Shown: one piece after another, positions 41,173 through 50,808 of the stretch
How the letters are laid out: each line of letters begins with the position of its first letter
Position numbering within the stretch: the first letter of the stretch is position 1
Assembly (NCBI GenBank): GCA_046570105.1
Contig: JBKHVI010000004.1
Coordinates: 43,591 to 107,590, forward strand
DNA length: 64,000 bases
From: Bacteriovoracia bacterium
GTDB lineage: Bacteria > Bdellovibrionota > Bacteriovoracia > Bacteriovoracales > Bacteriovoracaceae
Direction of reading: 5' to 3'
Program-made: the position numbers and the translations under genes
Notes under the pieces: generated by a model
What the model saw: the letters and a program-made list of their open reading frames with translations, nothing else
Database searches by the model: none
Told to the model about the DNA's origin: nothing

Positions 41173-41253
41173 AGTGCCTCCATTTGAATGGGGCATATGT
41201 AAAACGTCAGATGAGAATAAGAAAATTTAGAAACGAGCTAAATTTAAGTTAAA

Positions 41254-42264
41254 TCAAAAATGAAACATCTCTGAAGTTTGTTGGAAGAGTTGCACGGGAT
41301 CAACCTGGGCGCGAGGCTTAATAATTTCTGTTTTGGCCTGAGTGGTATTCGCGATTGTGGGATCACGCAAATCCATCAAACGCCAGTTCGCATAGAATGG
41401 AATCGGCGCATCTTTACGTGGTTCGCCAGTTTCATAAATGGCGAGAGTGTCTGTACCAAGATAAGTGGCGTAAGAGATACTCGCTCCTGCTCGCGCAACT
41501 AACCCTTTTGCGTGGGCCAACATCTTACCAAGATCAATCCAATCAGAACTCAAGAACAACTCATACTTATTTGTTTTAGGGAGACGCTGGATCAATCTCT
41601 CAGCTAAAAGGCCGGCCTTAACTTCTTCTTCAGAAGAAAAAAGAATGAAGCGCTTACCTTCATGCATGGAAAAATACTCAAACCAAAAATCGTCTAACTT
41701 AACCTGATCAAATGGCCATAGATCGACCGCCAGATAGGGGCCATCCTCTTCTTTGTAAAAAGGTGGGAGCTCTTTTCCTTTTACTTTCATTTGATCGGGA
41801 ATACGGCGGTTAGTGAATTCTTTGAATAAGTAATAAAAATCTTCGCTAATATGATGACCGATGGGGCGTTTGACTGCCAAAGTTGTAAACCAGCGCTTCC
41901 ACCCTTCAGCAAAGCCGATGCGTTTTTTTGCGTCTAGAAAAGTCCCTACCGCCAATTCTTTTAACGTATCTCCGAGACATAGATAAATATCTACCGGTGG
42001 CATATTGAGATTCGCAACAAAGCGATGAGCATCTAGGAATGATTCCACTTCGTCTTCTTTCCATGGATGCCAAAAGCCCTCAAACGGAAGGGCAAAGAGC
42101 ATTTCAATTTTATGTTCAGGACAAATGAAATGAAGATCCGCTTCAGGGTAAGCTTCCCGCAATAAATGGATCATAGGAAAGGATAAAATCCTTTCCTGCA
42201 GTGGTGCGGGCATTTTGATCGCGATGGTTACGCGATCAGTTTTGGTTGCTGGCGTTTTGTCCAT
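41254..42264 (-). CDS. Glycosyltransferase family 9 (heptosyltransferase-like), divergent
   Basis: PMIHLLREAYPEADLH, AKKRIGF, LGKMLAHAKGLV..ATYLGTDTLAIY follow the GT9 layout. Confidence 0.75.
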   Translation of the reverse strand: MDKTPATKTDRVTIAIKMPAPLQERILSFPMIHLLREAYPEADLHFICPEHKIEMLFALPFEGFWHPWKEDEVESFLDAHRFVANLNMPPVDIYLCLGDTLKELAVGTFLDAKKRIGFAEGWKRWFTTLAVKRPIGHHISEDFYYLFKEFTNRRIPDQMKVKGKELPPFYKEEDGPYLAVDLWPFDQVKLDDFWFEYFSMHEGKRFILFSSEEEVKAGLLAERLIQRLPKTNKYELFLSSDWIDLGKMLAHAKGLVARAGASISYATYLGTDTLAIYETGEPRKDAPIPFYANWRLMDLRDPTIANTTQAKTEIIKPRAQVDPVQLFQQTSEMFHF

Positions 42265-42965
42265 AAAACCGTGTAGTAGCTAGTGGCGAGCGCTGGCACC
42301 ATGACATTGATAATTGGAACAGAAACAAGAAGTAAAAAAATGGCTCCTGAAAACACATTCACGATGAAATTACTCATCACATCTTTAATACAGGCACGAA
42401 GACCTAATTCATGACGAGACCATGAGTAGTCTAAGAATTGTGCTGACATCAAAAGACATAACAGTAGCAATGCTACAGGAAAAAGTACCGGGAAGAAATT
42501 AAGTCCCATTGCAAGAACTGTTGCGATAATGATCACGGTGAGTTTTTTAAATTCATTAAAAATTGTTCGTCCAAATCCAGCGACGACATCTTTAATTCCC
42601 TGGGATTTATCTACTGTTGGCATCTGACCGCGAATCTTGTTTTCAATTCTCGCACTAATCACACTGTTAAATGGTGCAGATAAAATGCCGATCATTAAAA
42701 CAAACGTCCAAGACACCAAGATAAAAAGTAGAAAAGCCATCAAGCCACTAACGAAATAGTACATAAACATGTTGGCGTTCTGACTCAAAACATACTTATT
42801 GATGACAACCTTAGTTAAGGCCATTCCGTTTTCAAGCGCGTAGGTTCCTGCCACGATATAAATCACAACAGCTAGAACACCTGGGATCAAAAATAGAATG
42901 AAATTGACTGGGTCTTTAAAAATGTTTCTAAAAGCCTCAGGGACTGTAGTCACGATGTCTTTCAT
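42228..42965 (-). CDS. EI24/CysZ-family membrane protein
   Basis: ILSAPFNSVISARIE, QFLDYSWSRH, VPIINVMVP. Confidence 0.85.
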   Translation of the reverse strand: MKDIVTTVPEAFRNIFKDPVNFILFLIPGVLAVVIYIVAGTYALENGMALTKVVINKYVLSQNANMFMYYFVSGLMAFLLFILVSWTFVLMIGILSAPFNSVISARIENKIRGQMPTVDKSQGIKDVVAGFGRTIFNEFKKLTVIIIATVLAMGLNFFPVLFPVALLLLCLLMSAQFLDYSWSRHELGLRACIKDVMSNFIVNVFSGAIFLLLVSVPIINVMVPALATSYYTVLWTKRQQPKLIA

Positions 42966-43358
42966 TTAATCCTCAAAACGTTTAAATCTAAAATTCCAAA
43001 TCGGTTCAAAGGGAGCAAGCTCAGTTGGCTTTTCTGGAATGGCGTTCACCAGATTCTCCAACTCACTCCATTGTAGCTGTTCTTCTAAAAGTGGGGAGAG
43101 AATATGTAGCTCGCGGCACTTCCTAAACTTCTCGCGGGCCTTATTCATCATACCGGCTGCCCCGACAAGTTTTCCTTCGCGGTAATGCACCATTGAAGCA
43201 GCTACCTGAATGACGGCCCAATAAACATAGCGGTGAGGATCCTGGCGATCCTCCAGCCACACATGCTCGAGCTCTTCATGACACTCCCAATAATGCTGAT
43301 CATTGAAGCACTTGATGCCCGATTTCATCTTCTCCAGATGTTCGGCATCAAAGGCCAT
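42966..43358 (-). CDS. DUF309 family protein
   Basis: FN..HYWECHEELEHVW, IQVAA..H. Confidence 0.9.
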   Translation of the reverse strand: MAFDAEHLEKMKSGIKCFNDQHYWECHEELEHVWLEDRQDPHRYVYWAVIQVAASMVHYREGKLVGAAGMMNKAREKFRKCRELHILSPLLEEQLQWSELENLVNAIPEKPTELAPFEPIWNFRFKRFED

Positions 43359-44128
43359 CAGAAACCGCCAAGAATTGAGAGACCTGCATCGACATAAAGA
43401 ATCTGACCAGTCACACCACCCGAAAGTTCGGTCGTGAGATAGACTGCCGTCCCTGCTACGTCGTCTTGCGAGACGCCTTCTTTCATCGGAGCGATCTCTT
43501 CAACTTGTGACAAGAGTGAACGGAAGCCCGAGATTCCAGAAGCTGCCAAAGTCTTGATTGGACCAGCAGAGATGCAATTCACTTTAATTTTGCGAGGGCC
43601 CAAGTCATAAGCGAGATAACGAGTCGAAGCTTCGAGAGCGGCTTTCGCGACACCCATGACATTGTAGTTTTTCACGACTTTTTGTGAGCCGTAATAGGTC
43701 ATCGCAACCACTGATCCTCCATCATTCATGATCGGCTCAAGTGTTTGACACAGACCCACGAGAGAGTACGCGGAAATATCACAGGCCATTAAGAAACCTT
43801 TGCGTGAAGTTTGCAAAAATGGTTTTGAGAGATCGTCTTTATCAGCAAAAGCGAGTGAGTGAATCAAGATATCGAACTTGCCCCACTTCTCTTCGACGAC
43901 TTTTTTAAGTGCAGGATAGTGATCATCGTTCGAGACATCCATCAGAGCGATGAAGTCTGCACCGATTTCTTGTGCCAAAGGTTCTACACGCTTATGAATA
44001 GCGTCGTTCATGTATGTGAGTGCCAGTGATGCGCCTTGCGCCTTAAGTGCTTTCGCGATGCCCCAGGCGATCGAGCGGTCATTAGCGACGCCTAAAATTA
44101 GAGCTTTCTTACCAGTTAGTAATCCCAT
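43358..44128 (-). CDS. fabI: Enoyl-ACP reductase FabI
   Basis: GVANDRSIAWGIA, YNVMGVAKAALE, SAGPIKTLAA; GAGG RBS before ATG 44128. Confidence 0.97.
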   Translation of the reverse strand: MGLLTGKKALILGVANDRSIAWGIAKALKAQGASLALTYMNDAIHKRVEPLAQEIGADFIALMDVSNDDHYPALKKVVEEKWGKFDILIHSLAFADKDDLSKPFLQTSRKGFLMACDISAYSLVGLCQTLEPIMNDGGSVVAMTYYGSQKVVKNYNVMGVAKAALEASTRYLAYDLGPRKIKVNCISAGPIKTLAASGISGFRSLLSQVEEIAPMKEGVSQDDVAGTAVYLTTELSGGVTGQILYVDAGLSILGGF

Positions 44129-44208
44129 GATGTTCCTCATTTGTTCGGTTGGCACCGGTATGGTAGTTTTTCCTTCACAAAAGAGCAAAGACAGTACGCG
44201 AGGACACC

Positions 44209-45339
44209 ATGCAGAAAAAGCTCGTTCCCGACTATATTGAGCGCCTGGAAGTCTACCAGGCCGGCAAACCTATCGATGAGTTAGCTCGTGAGAAGGGCCT
44301 TACGCGCATCTCCAAAATTGCTAGCAATGAAAATCCGCTTGGCCCTTCACCGATGGCGATTCGTGAAATGACCAATGTTCTTTGGGACACCCACCGCTAT
44401 CCTGACATGTCCGCCTATCAACTTAAAAAATCGCTGTGTGATCTCTATCGCTTGAAGCCGGAGAATATTGTTCTTGGTAATGGCTCAGAAGGCATCATGG
44501 GTTATATCTGCCGTGCTTTCTTGCAAGAAGGTGATGAGGTTGTGACAGCTTCAAATACTTTTATCGGTTTTTTGATTCTCGCTAAATCTGTCGGCGCCAA
44601 TCTCATTCAAGTGCCTCGCCGCTCTGATTACAAGTATGACATTGAAGCGATGGCAAAAAAAATCACACCTGACACTAAAGTGGTTTATATCGCCAATCCT
44701 GATAATCCAACAGGAACCTATATCACTAAGGCTGAGTTCGACTCACTGATGAAGCACGTCTCTCCTCACACTATCGTGATCTTAGATGAAGCTTATTTTG
44801 AATTCGCTAAAGAGTGGCCGGATTATCCCGACTCAATGGATTATCGCTACGACAACGTAGTGACGCTTAGGACTTTCTCTAAGGCCTATGGAATTTCTGG
44901 TGTGCGCGTCGGTTATGGTTTTGGCCATGACAAGCTGATTGGTGCACTTCATAAAGTGAAACTTCCCTTTGAGCCAAGCCTAGTTGCCCAGAAAGGTGCC
45001 TACGGTGCTTTGCTTGATCGTCCTCATCTCGATCGCACTCTTCACAACAACAAAGAAAGATTTAACGACACCTGGGAATTTCTCACTCGTCATGATTTCA
45101 AACCGATTCCTTCGGTATGTAACTTCATTAGTTTTAAAACTGGCAGTGAAGAAGCCAGCCTGGCCCTCTACAATGCTCTCCTCGACAAGGGCGTCATCAT
45201 TCGCCCGTTGCGCGCCAACTTAATGCCTGATCATGTACGCGTAAGCTTAGGGACGCGTGATGAAATGAATCACTTCTTTGAAGCGATGGAAGCCGTCTTA
45301 CCCGAATATACTAAAAAATATGGAAGGGCCCACAAATGA
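44209..45339 (+). CDS. hisC: Histidinol-phosphate/aromatic aminotransferase (HisC family)
   Basis: SNENPLGPSP, GNGS, NPDNPTG, DEAY, RTFSKAYG. Confidence 0.88.
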   Translation: MQKKLVPDYIERLEVYQAGKPIDELAREKGLTRISKIASNENPLGPSPMAIREMTNVLWDTHRYPDMSAYQLKKSLCDLYRLKPENIVLGNGSEGIMGYICRAFLQEGDEVVTASNTFIGFLILAKSVGANLIQVPRRSDYKYDIEAMAKKITPDTKVVYIANPDNPTGTYITKAEFDSLMKHVSPHTIVILDEAYFEFAKEWPDYPDSMDYRYDNVVTLRTFSKAYGISGVRVGYGFGHDKLIGALHKVKLPFEPSLVAQKGAYGALLDRPHLDRTLHNNKERFNDTWEFLTRHDFKPIPSVCNFISFKTGSEEASLALYNALLDKGVIIRPLRANLMPDHVRVSLGTRDEMNHFFEAMEAVLPEYTKKYGRAHK

Positions 45340-46346
45340 AAATTTGTACCTACACTCGTCAGTCTTCAGTTGGAATCGTTAAACGTCTGGGAATTCTCGC
45401 CAATGAATCACTGATTGTTGATCCAAACTTTGTGCTCCAAACAATTTACGAGAAAGAAGGCTACTACAATGCCGCCTCACGTGCTGAGCATAAGATCTCA
45501 ACCTCTCTGGCGCAATTTTTAAAGCACTCAGATGAGCCGATCAAAGAATTACAAACGGCGGTTGGTCTCTATTTTAAACTAGCCCAAAGTGGAGATCTTA
45601 AAACTCTTACGGGTGCAGATATTGCTTTTGATCTTAAAGATACTAAAAATGTGGGCATGGATGCTCCCCTGGATGAAATCGGTCTCTATCGAGATTTCTT
45701 TGTCCATGAAAAGCATGTCAAAACGGGTTTTGCTAAACGCCAAGAGGAAATTCCGGCGCCGTGGTTTGAGATGCCGGTTTATTACAAAGGTGCCACCACT
45801 GGATTTATCGGCCATGAAGCTACTATTCCTTGGCCTTCCTTCTCTCAGCAAATCGACTATGAGCTTGAGTTGGGTGTTGTCATAGGTCGCGATGGAAAAA
45901 ACATTAAAGCGAAAGATGCTTATAAGCACATCTTCGGTTTCACGATTTTAAACGATGTTTCCGCACGTGATATTCAGCGCAAAGAAATGCAAGTACGCTT
46001 GGGTCCAGCTAAAGGCAAAGATTGGTGTTCAGTGATTGGTCCAGTCATTGTGACTGCTGATGAATTTGGCATGAAGGATCCAGATCTTTTGATGACCGCT
46101 TCAGTGAATGGAGTGGAGTGGTCACGCGGCAGATCAGGAGATGCGAAATGGAGCTGGGGTGAAATGATTGAGCATCTCACCCGTGATGAATGGATTCGCG
46201 CCACTGACTTTTTAGGCTCTGGCACAGTCGGAACAGGTTGTGGGCTTGAATTAGATAAATGGATTCAGCCAGGGGATGTTGTTGAGTTAGAAATTGAGAA
46301 AATTGGGAAGCTGAAGAATATCGTAGGCACACCTACTAAGATTTAA
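45336..46346 (+). CDS. Fumarylacetoacetate hydrolase family protein
   Basis: DYELELG, NDVSARDIQ, GPAKGKD, GSGTVGTGC; adjacent to hmgA. Confidence 0.92.
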   Translation: MKICTYTRQSSVGIVKRLGILANESLIVDPNFVLQTIYEKEGYYNAASRAEHKISTSLAQFLKHSDEPIKELQTAVGLYFKLAQSGDLKTLTGADIAFDLKDTKNVGMDAPLDEIGLYRDFFVHEKHVKTGFAKRQEEIPAPWFEMPVYYKGATTGFIGHEATIPWPSFSQQIDYELELGVVIGRDGKNIKAKDAYKHIFGFTILNDVSARDIQRKEMQVRLGPAKGKDWCSVIGPVIVTADEFGMKDPDLLMTASVNGVEWSRGRSGDAKWSWGEMIEHLTRDEWIRATDFLGSGTVGTGCGLELDKWIQPGDVVELEIEKIGKLKNIVGTPTKI

Positions 46347-46356
46347 GGATTGAGCG

Positions 46357-47451
46357 ATGGAAAACTTTAAGGCCTCAGGAACATTCACCAAACAAGCTCA
46401 CGTAAAAATCCCAGAAGGGCATTATGAAGAAGAGCATGGCCGCAAAGGTTTTTTCGGTCGCGTCTCTCACCTTTACCACACTCATATGCCAACAGGCTGG
46501 ACGAAGATTGATGGAGACCTTCTACCACGTAACCTTCCGCCAGTTTTTGATGATAAGGCCTTAAAAAACTCCTTCAATAAAATTCTTTTTAATCACGATG
46601 TCGAAGTAAGCCTCGGAACTTGGGACAAGTCCTTTGATAATTTTTTCCGCAATGCCGATTTTGATGAAATGCTCTTTGTGCACGATGGAGAAGGAAAGTT
46701 TGAAACGATCTACGGTCATCTCCCTTTTAAGAAAGGTGACTACGTTGTCATTCCACGTGGTACGACTTACAAAATGTATCTTACAGCACCTGCTAAGTTT
46801 CTCAAGATCGAAAGTGCTAGTGAGTTTGAACAACCTACCCGTGGAATCTTGGGGCCTAATGCGCTCTATGACCAAACAGCAATCACTACTCCTGAAGCAG
46901 CACATGGCAGCGAACAAAATCTTAAGGAATATACGGTTGAAGTAAAACGTTTGGGAAAAATCACGCGCGTAACTTATCCCTTTAATCCACTCGACGCCTC
47001 AGGTTGGAAAGGCTCACTTTATCCCTGGAAGCTCTCCATCTATGACTACTGTCCTATCAATTCACACAAATATCACATCCCACCGTCAGGCCATACGACG
47101 ATGGTGTGCAAAAACTTTGTCATATGCTCGTTCGTAGCAAGGCCTCTTGAGCATGAATCAGAAGGTGTTTTGAAAGTACCTTTCTTCCACGCCAATATTG
47201 ATTACGATGAAGTCTTGTTTTATCACGCAGGAGATTTCTTCAGTCGCGATAATATCGATGCGGGTGCTCTAACCTTCCACCCACAAGGTGTCCATCACGG
47301 CCCTCATCCTAAAGCTTTCGAGCGCGGGGCCAAGAAAGAATTTACGGATGAATATGCGGTGATGATTGATACGCGCAATCCATTGCAGATGACAGATGCC
47401 TTTACTCGTTTAGAAAATAAAGAGTATTGGAAGTCGTGGATGAAAAAATAG
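46357..47451 (+). CDS. hmgA: Homogentisate 1,2-dioxygenase
   Basis: EEEHGRKGFFG, FFRNADFDE, HIPPSGH, PFFHANIDYDEVLFYH, HPQGVHHGP. Confidence 0.93.
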   Translation: MENFKASGTFTKQAHVKIPEGHYEEEHGRKGFFGRVSHLYHTHMPTGWTKIDGDLLPRNLPPVFDDKALKNSFNKILFNHDVEVSLGTWDKSFDNFFRNADFDEMLFVHDGEGKFETIYGHLPFKKGDYVVIPRGTTYKMYLTAPAKFLKIESASEFEQPTRGILGPNALYDQTAITTPEAAHGSEQNLKEYTVEVKRLGKITRVTYPFNPLDASGWKGSLYPWKLSIYDYCPINSHKYHIPPSGHTTMVCKNFVICSFVARPLEHESEGVLKVPFFHANIDYDEVLFYHAGDFFSRDNIDAGALTFHPQGVHHGPHPKAFERGAKKEFTDEYAVMIDTRNPLQMTDAFTRLENKEYWKSWMKK

Positions 47452-47472
47452 GGGCGAAAAATAATCGCCCCT
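47443..47472. terminator. Terminator hairpin between convergent genes
   Basis: AGGGGCGA-N7-TCGCCCCT with an A-run on the left, giving a U-tail for the minus strand. Confidence 0.7.
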
Positions 47473-47480
47473 CCGCTCTC

Positions 47481-47966
47481 TCAGACAAAAAACAACTTTA
47501 AATAAATGCCTGAGAATAGTGCCAAGAGCGCTCCGCCCTGCCACATCAGAAATTGGTAGAGCTTATCAAATCTTTTATCAAACTTATCTTCTAAACGATC
47601 AAATCTGCGATCTACTTCCTTAAATTTCTGATCTACTTCATTGAACCGCAAATCTACTTCATTGAACCTCTGATCTACTTCGTTGAACCGCTGATCTATT
47701 TCATTAAACCTTTTGTCGACCTCTTTAAATTTCAGATCTACTTCCCTAAATTGCTCTTTGATCTCAGTAAATTGTCGATTAATACCTCTAAATTCATCAC
47801 GATTCTCTAAATCCATATGATGAAAATGATTGGTCTGTGCTTTTAGTACCAATATGATCATTTCTTGAGTTGTGATTCTCTCTCGATCTACTTTGGACAA
47901 AATATCTTGCGCCTTTTTATCCAACCACTCATCAAAGATTTTATTATCAAACACGATAGCCCCCAT
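47481..47966 (-). CDS. Membrane-anchored coiled-coil heptad-repeat protein (DUF1640/Bdr-like architecture)
   Basis: Tandem F-x-E-V-D-x-R/K heptads and a C-terminal TM helix; GAGGAGG RBS. Confidence 0.85.
   Translation of the reverse strand: MGAIVFDNKIFDEWLDKKAQDILSKVDRERITTQEMIILVLKAQTNHFHHMDLENRDEFRGINRQFTEIKEQFREVDLKFKEVDKRFNEIDQRFNEVDQRFNEVDLRFNEVDQKFKEVDRRFDRLEDKFDKRFDKLYQFLMWQGGALLALFSGIYLKLFFV
47609..47755. repeat. Imperfect 21-bp tandem repeat (about 7 copies) within the CDS
   Basis: Units such as GATCTACTTCATTGAACCGCA / AATCTACTTCATTGAACCTCT / GATCTACTTCGTTGAACCGCT. Confidence 0.9.
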
Positions 47967-47990
47967 GGAACTACCTCCTCAATTGGAGAT

Positions 47991-47999
47991 ATTATACCA
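47991..47999 (-). promoter_or_regulatory. Extended -10 promoter for the heptad-repeat gene
   Basis: TGGTATAAT on the minus strand about 25 nt upstream of the ATG. Confidence 0.55.
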
Positions 48000-48160
48000 C
48001 AACAGAGCAAGCTGCGTACCAAGTCATATAATTACAAATCTCGAATTTTAAAGAATGAAGATCGCTTGTCGAGGAAATTTTTACTCAGCCCACGGTTAAT
48101 TTTTCCCTTCGCGAACCTGGCACTTTTTAGAAAAAATGTGATTTTTTACGAATATAGATA

Positions 48161-48418
48161 CTAATGTTCTTTATTTTCAAGATGCTTGAATTGTCGGTAT
48201 TGCTGTTGGTGAGGATTAAATCCTTCAACACCTTCGGAATGTTCTCGTGTTTCATCGTAATCAAAAAACTTCAGTTTGAGCTGGCCAGCAAAGGTACCTT
48301 TTGAGGTCTCCACCTGAGTTGCCATACCATGCTTCACTTTCATCTCTAATTCAACTTGCTCACTGATATCCTCATTGGTGAAATGGCAACAGATTACACT
48401 CTGCAAGTAAATGGCCAT
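48161..48418 (-). CDS. Possible small hypothetical protein
   Basis: 85-aa ORF downstream of the kinase gene, with no clear RBS or motif. Confidence 0.35.
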   Translation of the reverse strand: MAIYLQSVICCHFTNEDISEQVELEMKVKHGMATQVETSKGTFAGQLKLKFFDYDETREHSEGVEGFNPHQQQYRQFKHLENKEH

Positions 48419-48455
48419 GACAAAAGTTCAAACGAACTCGTAGTAATAGATCAAT

Positions 48456-49775
48456 TTACGCTTCTTCATTGATGAGCGAAGGCACAGGGATAGAAAGAGT
48501 GAATTTTACTTCTCCCTCCGTGCTTTCAAATTTTAGATTTCCACCATGCTCAATGGCGATTCGACGCGAAATATTTAGACCTAACCCTGTCCCTTTTCCC
48601 ACTTCTTTTGTCGTAAAGAACGGTTGAAAAATTTTCTCTTCGGCTTCTTTGTTAAGAACGCCCTTATTAGATACTTGAATATTGATCGACTTATCATCTT
48701 TAAAGCACTTCACTCGAATAACAGAGGCATTGATTCTGAGAGATTCATCAAAAGCGTTATTTAATAAGTTAACTAAAACTTGTGAAATATGAATCTCACG
48801 ACAATAAACTTCCAAATCATTTGATACATCTATCTCAATTGAAACGCCCTCAACTGCAAATCTTTGTTCACAAAACTCCAAAGTTGAATCAATGATTTGC
48901 TGAATGGGAACCATCCTTTTGGGGTCTTGGTCACTTTGACGAGAAAATGTCCGAAGAGCGCGAATGATTTTTGCTATTCTTTGACCAGATTGTCTAATTT
49001 TAACAAGAACATCTTGCTGCTCTTCTTTGCTCTTGGGAACTTGAAGCAAAATATCTACATGCCCCAACATAATAGTCAGTGGATTATTAATTTCATGTGA
49101 AAGGCCACTCGCCATTTCTCCCAATGAAGAAAGCCGGCTCGAGTGTTGCATCATTGCTGTTTGCTCAAGAAGATTTCTATTTGTTTCAGCTAATTTTTTA
49201 TCATCAGTATACTTCTGAACCATATGTTTATGGTAAACACGACCTTGCAAAGTCGCATACAGGGCCAGAATTACATAAGGTATAAAATAGTAAAGAACGG
49301 TGCCTAATTCTTTATACCAAAAGAGAATCGTTGCGCCACATATCGGAGTGATGAGAAAAGCCAAGTACCAACGTTGTATCTTAGGGACGGCTCCTAATGT
49401 GATAGGTGTCGCTGTGGCAAATCCTGAAATAATAAGCACAGAAATAAAAAACTTTGACCCATCAAAGCTATTCATCCAAGCGATAAGACTAAACATTCCG
49501 CTAAAAAATATAGCCGATCCGTGAATGGTAAAAAGTATTAGCGTCCAACGTACTTCGGACACAAGTTTAGTTTTTTGATATTCAAAATTTATCCAACCGC
49601 GTATAGCCCCTAATAAAATGACGATCACACTTAAAAATTTCACATGGGCCATATATGGCCCCTCACCCATGCTACTAAATGCCAAATATAGACTAAATAA
49701 AATGTAGGCCACAGAAGATGGAAAACTGCGAATCAGTACTTCCTCTCTCAGGCGCTGTTTTAATTCATTTTCCAT
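48456..49775 (-). CDS. Orphan membrane sensor histidine kinase
   Basis: About 6 TMs; H-box LGEMASGLSHEINNPL, N-box NLLNNAFD, FQPFFTTKEVGKGTGLGL. Confidence 0.93.
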   Translation of the reverse strand: MENELKQRLREEVLIRSFPSSVAYILFSLYLAFSSMGEGPYMAHVKFLSVIVILLGAIRGWINFEYQKTKLVSEVRWTLILFTIHGSAIFFSGMFSLIAWMNSFDGSKFFISVLIISGFATATPITLGAVPKIQRWYLAFLITPICGATILFWYKELGTVLYYFIPYVILALYATLQGRVYHKHMVQKYTDDKKLAETNRNLLEQTAMMQHSSRLSSLGEMASGLSHEINNPLTIMLGHVDILLQVPKSKEEQQDVLVKIRQSGQRIAKIIRALRTFSRQSDQDPKRMVPIQQIIDSTLEFCEQRFAVEGVSIEIDVSNDLEVYCREIHISQVLVNLLNNAFDESLRINASVIRVKCFKDDKSINIQVSNKGVLNKEAEEKIFQPFFTTKEVGKGTGLGLNISRRIAIEHGGNLKFESTEGEVKFTLSIPVPSLINEEA

Positions 49776-49884
49776 GATGTATGTTCCTCATCGGTAATCA
49801 GTACAAAGAAAAAAACCTACTTATTTACCCTGTTGATGTTTATCAGATTAGGCTGCAAGCTAGGTAAAATCCAAAGGAGCTTCT

Positions 49885-50697
49885 GTGAAATTCTTGACTT
49901 TACTACTCGCGTTTTCAACTCTGACAGCATGGGCCGCTGGGCCGACTCTTGATGATCTTTCAAAAGATGATTTAGAGAAAGTGGCTAACGAAATCTCAGT
50001 TAACTTTTCACATACCGCTGTTGCTGCTCCAGAGACAACTGGTCTATGGGGTATCGAAGTAGGTCTAATCGGTGGAGTTGCCGGTACACCAAAACTTAAA
50101 GATCTCGTAGAAGATGCAGGAGAAGACGGCAGTGATTTTAAAAGTATCCCGCACGCTGGCTTAATGGCCCGTGCCCATTTTCCTTTTGAGCTATTTGCTG
50201 AATTATCATTTATCCCTAGTTTTGATGTGGCTGATCTTGAAATTCAAAACAAGACTTTTGCAGCTGGATGGAATGCGGGTGGATTCTTTAGTTGGCCATT
50301 GGATGTGGCGATTGGATTTAATTACGCAAACTCTGAATTAAGTTTTGATCAAGTAATAAATAACGCTTCGACTTCTAATAATGATGTCGATGCCAACGTA
50401 AGCTTCGAAACTAAAAGTCACAGCTTGTGGGTAGGTGTGAGTAAAACAATTCTTGTTTTCACTCCTTATGCAAAAGTTGGAACATTTTCTTCAAGCTCAG
50501 ATGTTGAAGTTGATACATCTGGTGGTAATGGAACGATCTTTGCGTTCTCAAACGGGCAAAAAGAAGACGTTTCTTCTTCAGGAATGTTTGGTGCCATTGG
50601 TGTTAATGCCCAATTACTACTAATGCGTTTTGGTCTTGAGGCCTCACGTGCAGCTGGAGTAGGTCGAGTGACTGGAAAGTTCTCACTGGCGTTTTAA
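49885..50697 (+). CDS. Putative outer-membrane beta-barrel protein
   Basis: AAGGAG RBS, GTG start, signal peptide AWA/A, amphipathic strands, C-terminal Phe. Confidence 0.75.
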   Translation: MKFLTLLLAFSTLTAWAAGPTLDDLSKDDLEKVANEISVNFSHTAVAAPETTGLWGIEVGLIGGVAGTPKLKDLVEDAGEDGSDFKSIPHAGLMARAHFPFELFAELSFIPSFDVADLEIQNKTFAAGWNAGGFFSWPLDVAIGFNYANSELSFDQVINNASTSNNDVDANVSFETKSHSLWVGVSKTILVFTPYAKVGTFSSSSDVEVDTSGGNGTIFAFSNGQKEDVSSSGMFGAIGVNAQLLLMRFGLEASRAAGVGRVTGKFSLAF

Positions 50698-50808
50698 ACG
50701 TCAGATATCGAGAACTTGGCAATTAGACAAATCTCATTCAAGGCACTTTTTGAGATGAGTTTTGAGGTATAATTGTCGATAAGGTTTTTGACCGACAAGG
50801 AGGAAATT

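Noticed and set aside
40546..41210. ACGTCAG direct repeat on both sides of the transposase as a target-site duplication
   Set aside because: Only 7 bp, one copy lies inside coding sequence, and Y1 transposases do not make TSDs; probably chance.
47609..47755. CRISPR array
   Set aside because: The repeats are contiguous 21-mers with no spacers, lie in frame within a CDS, and no cas genes are nearby.
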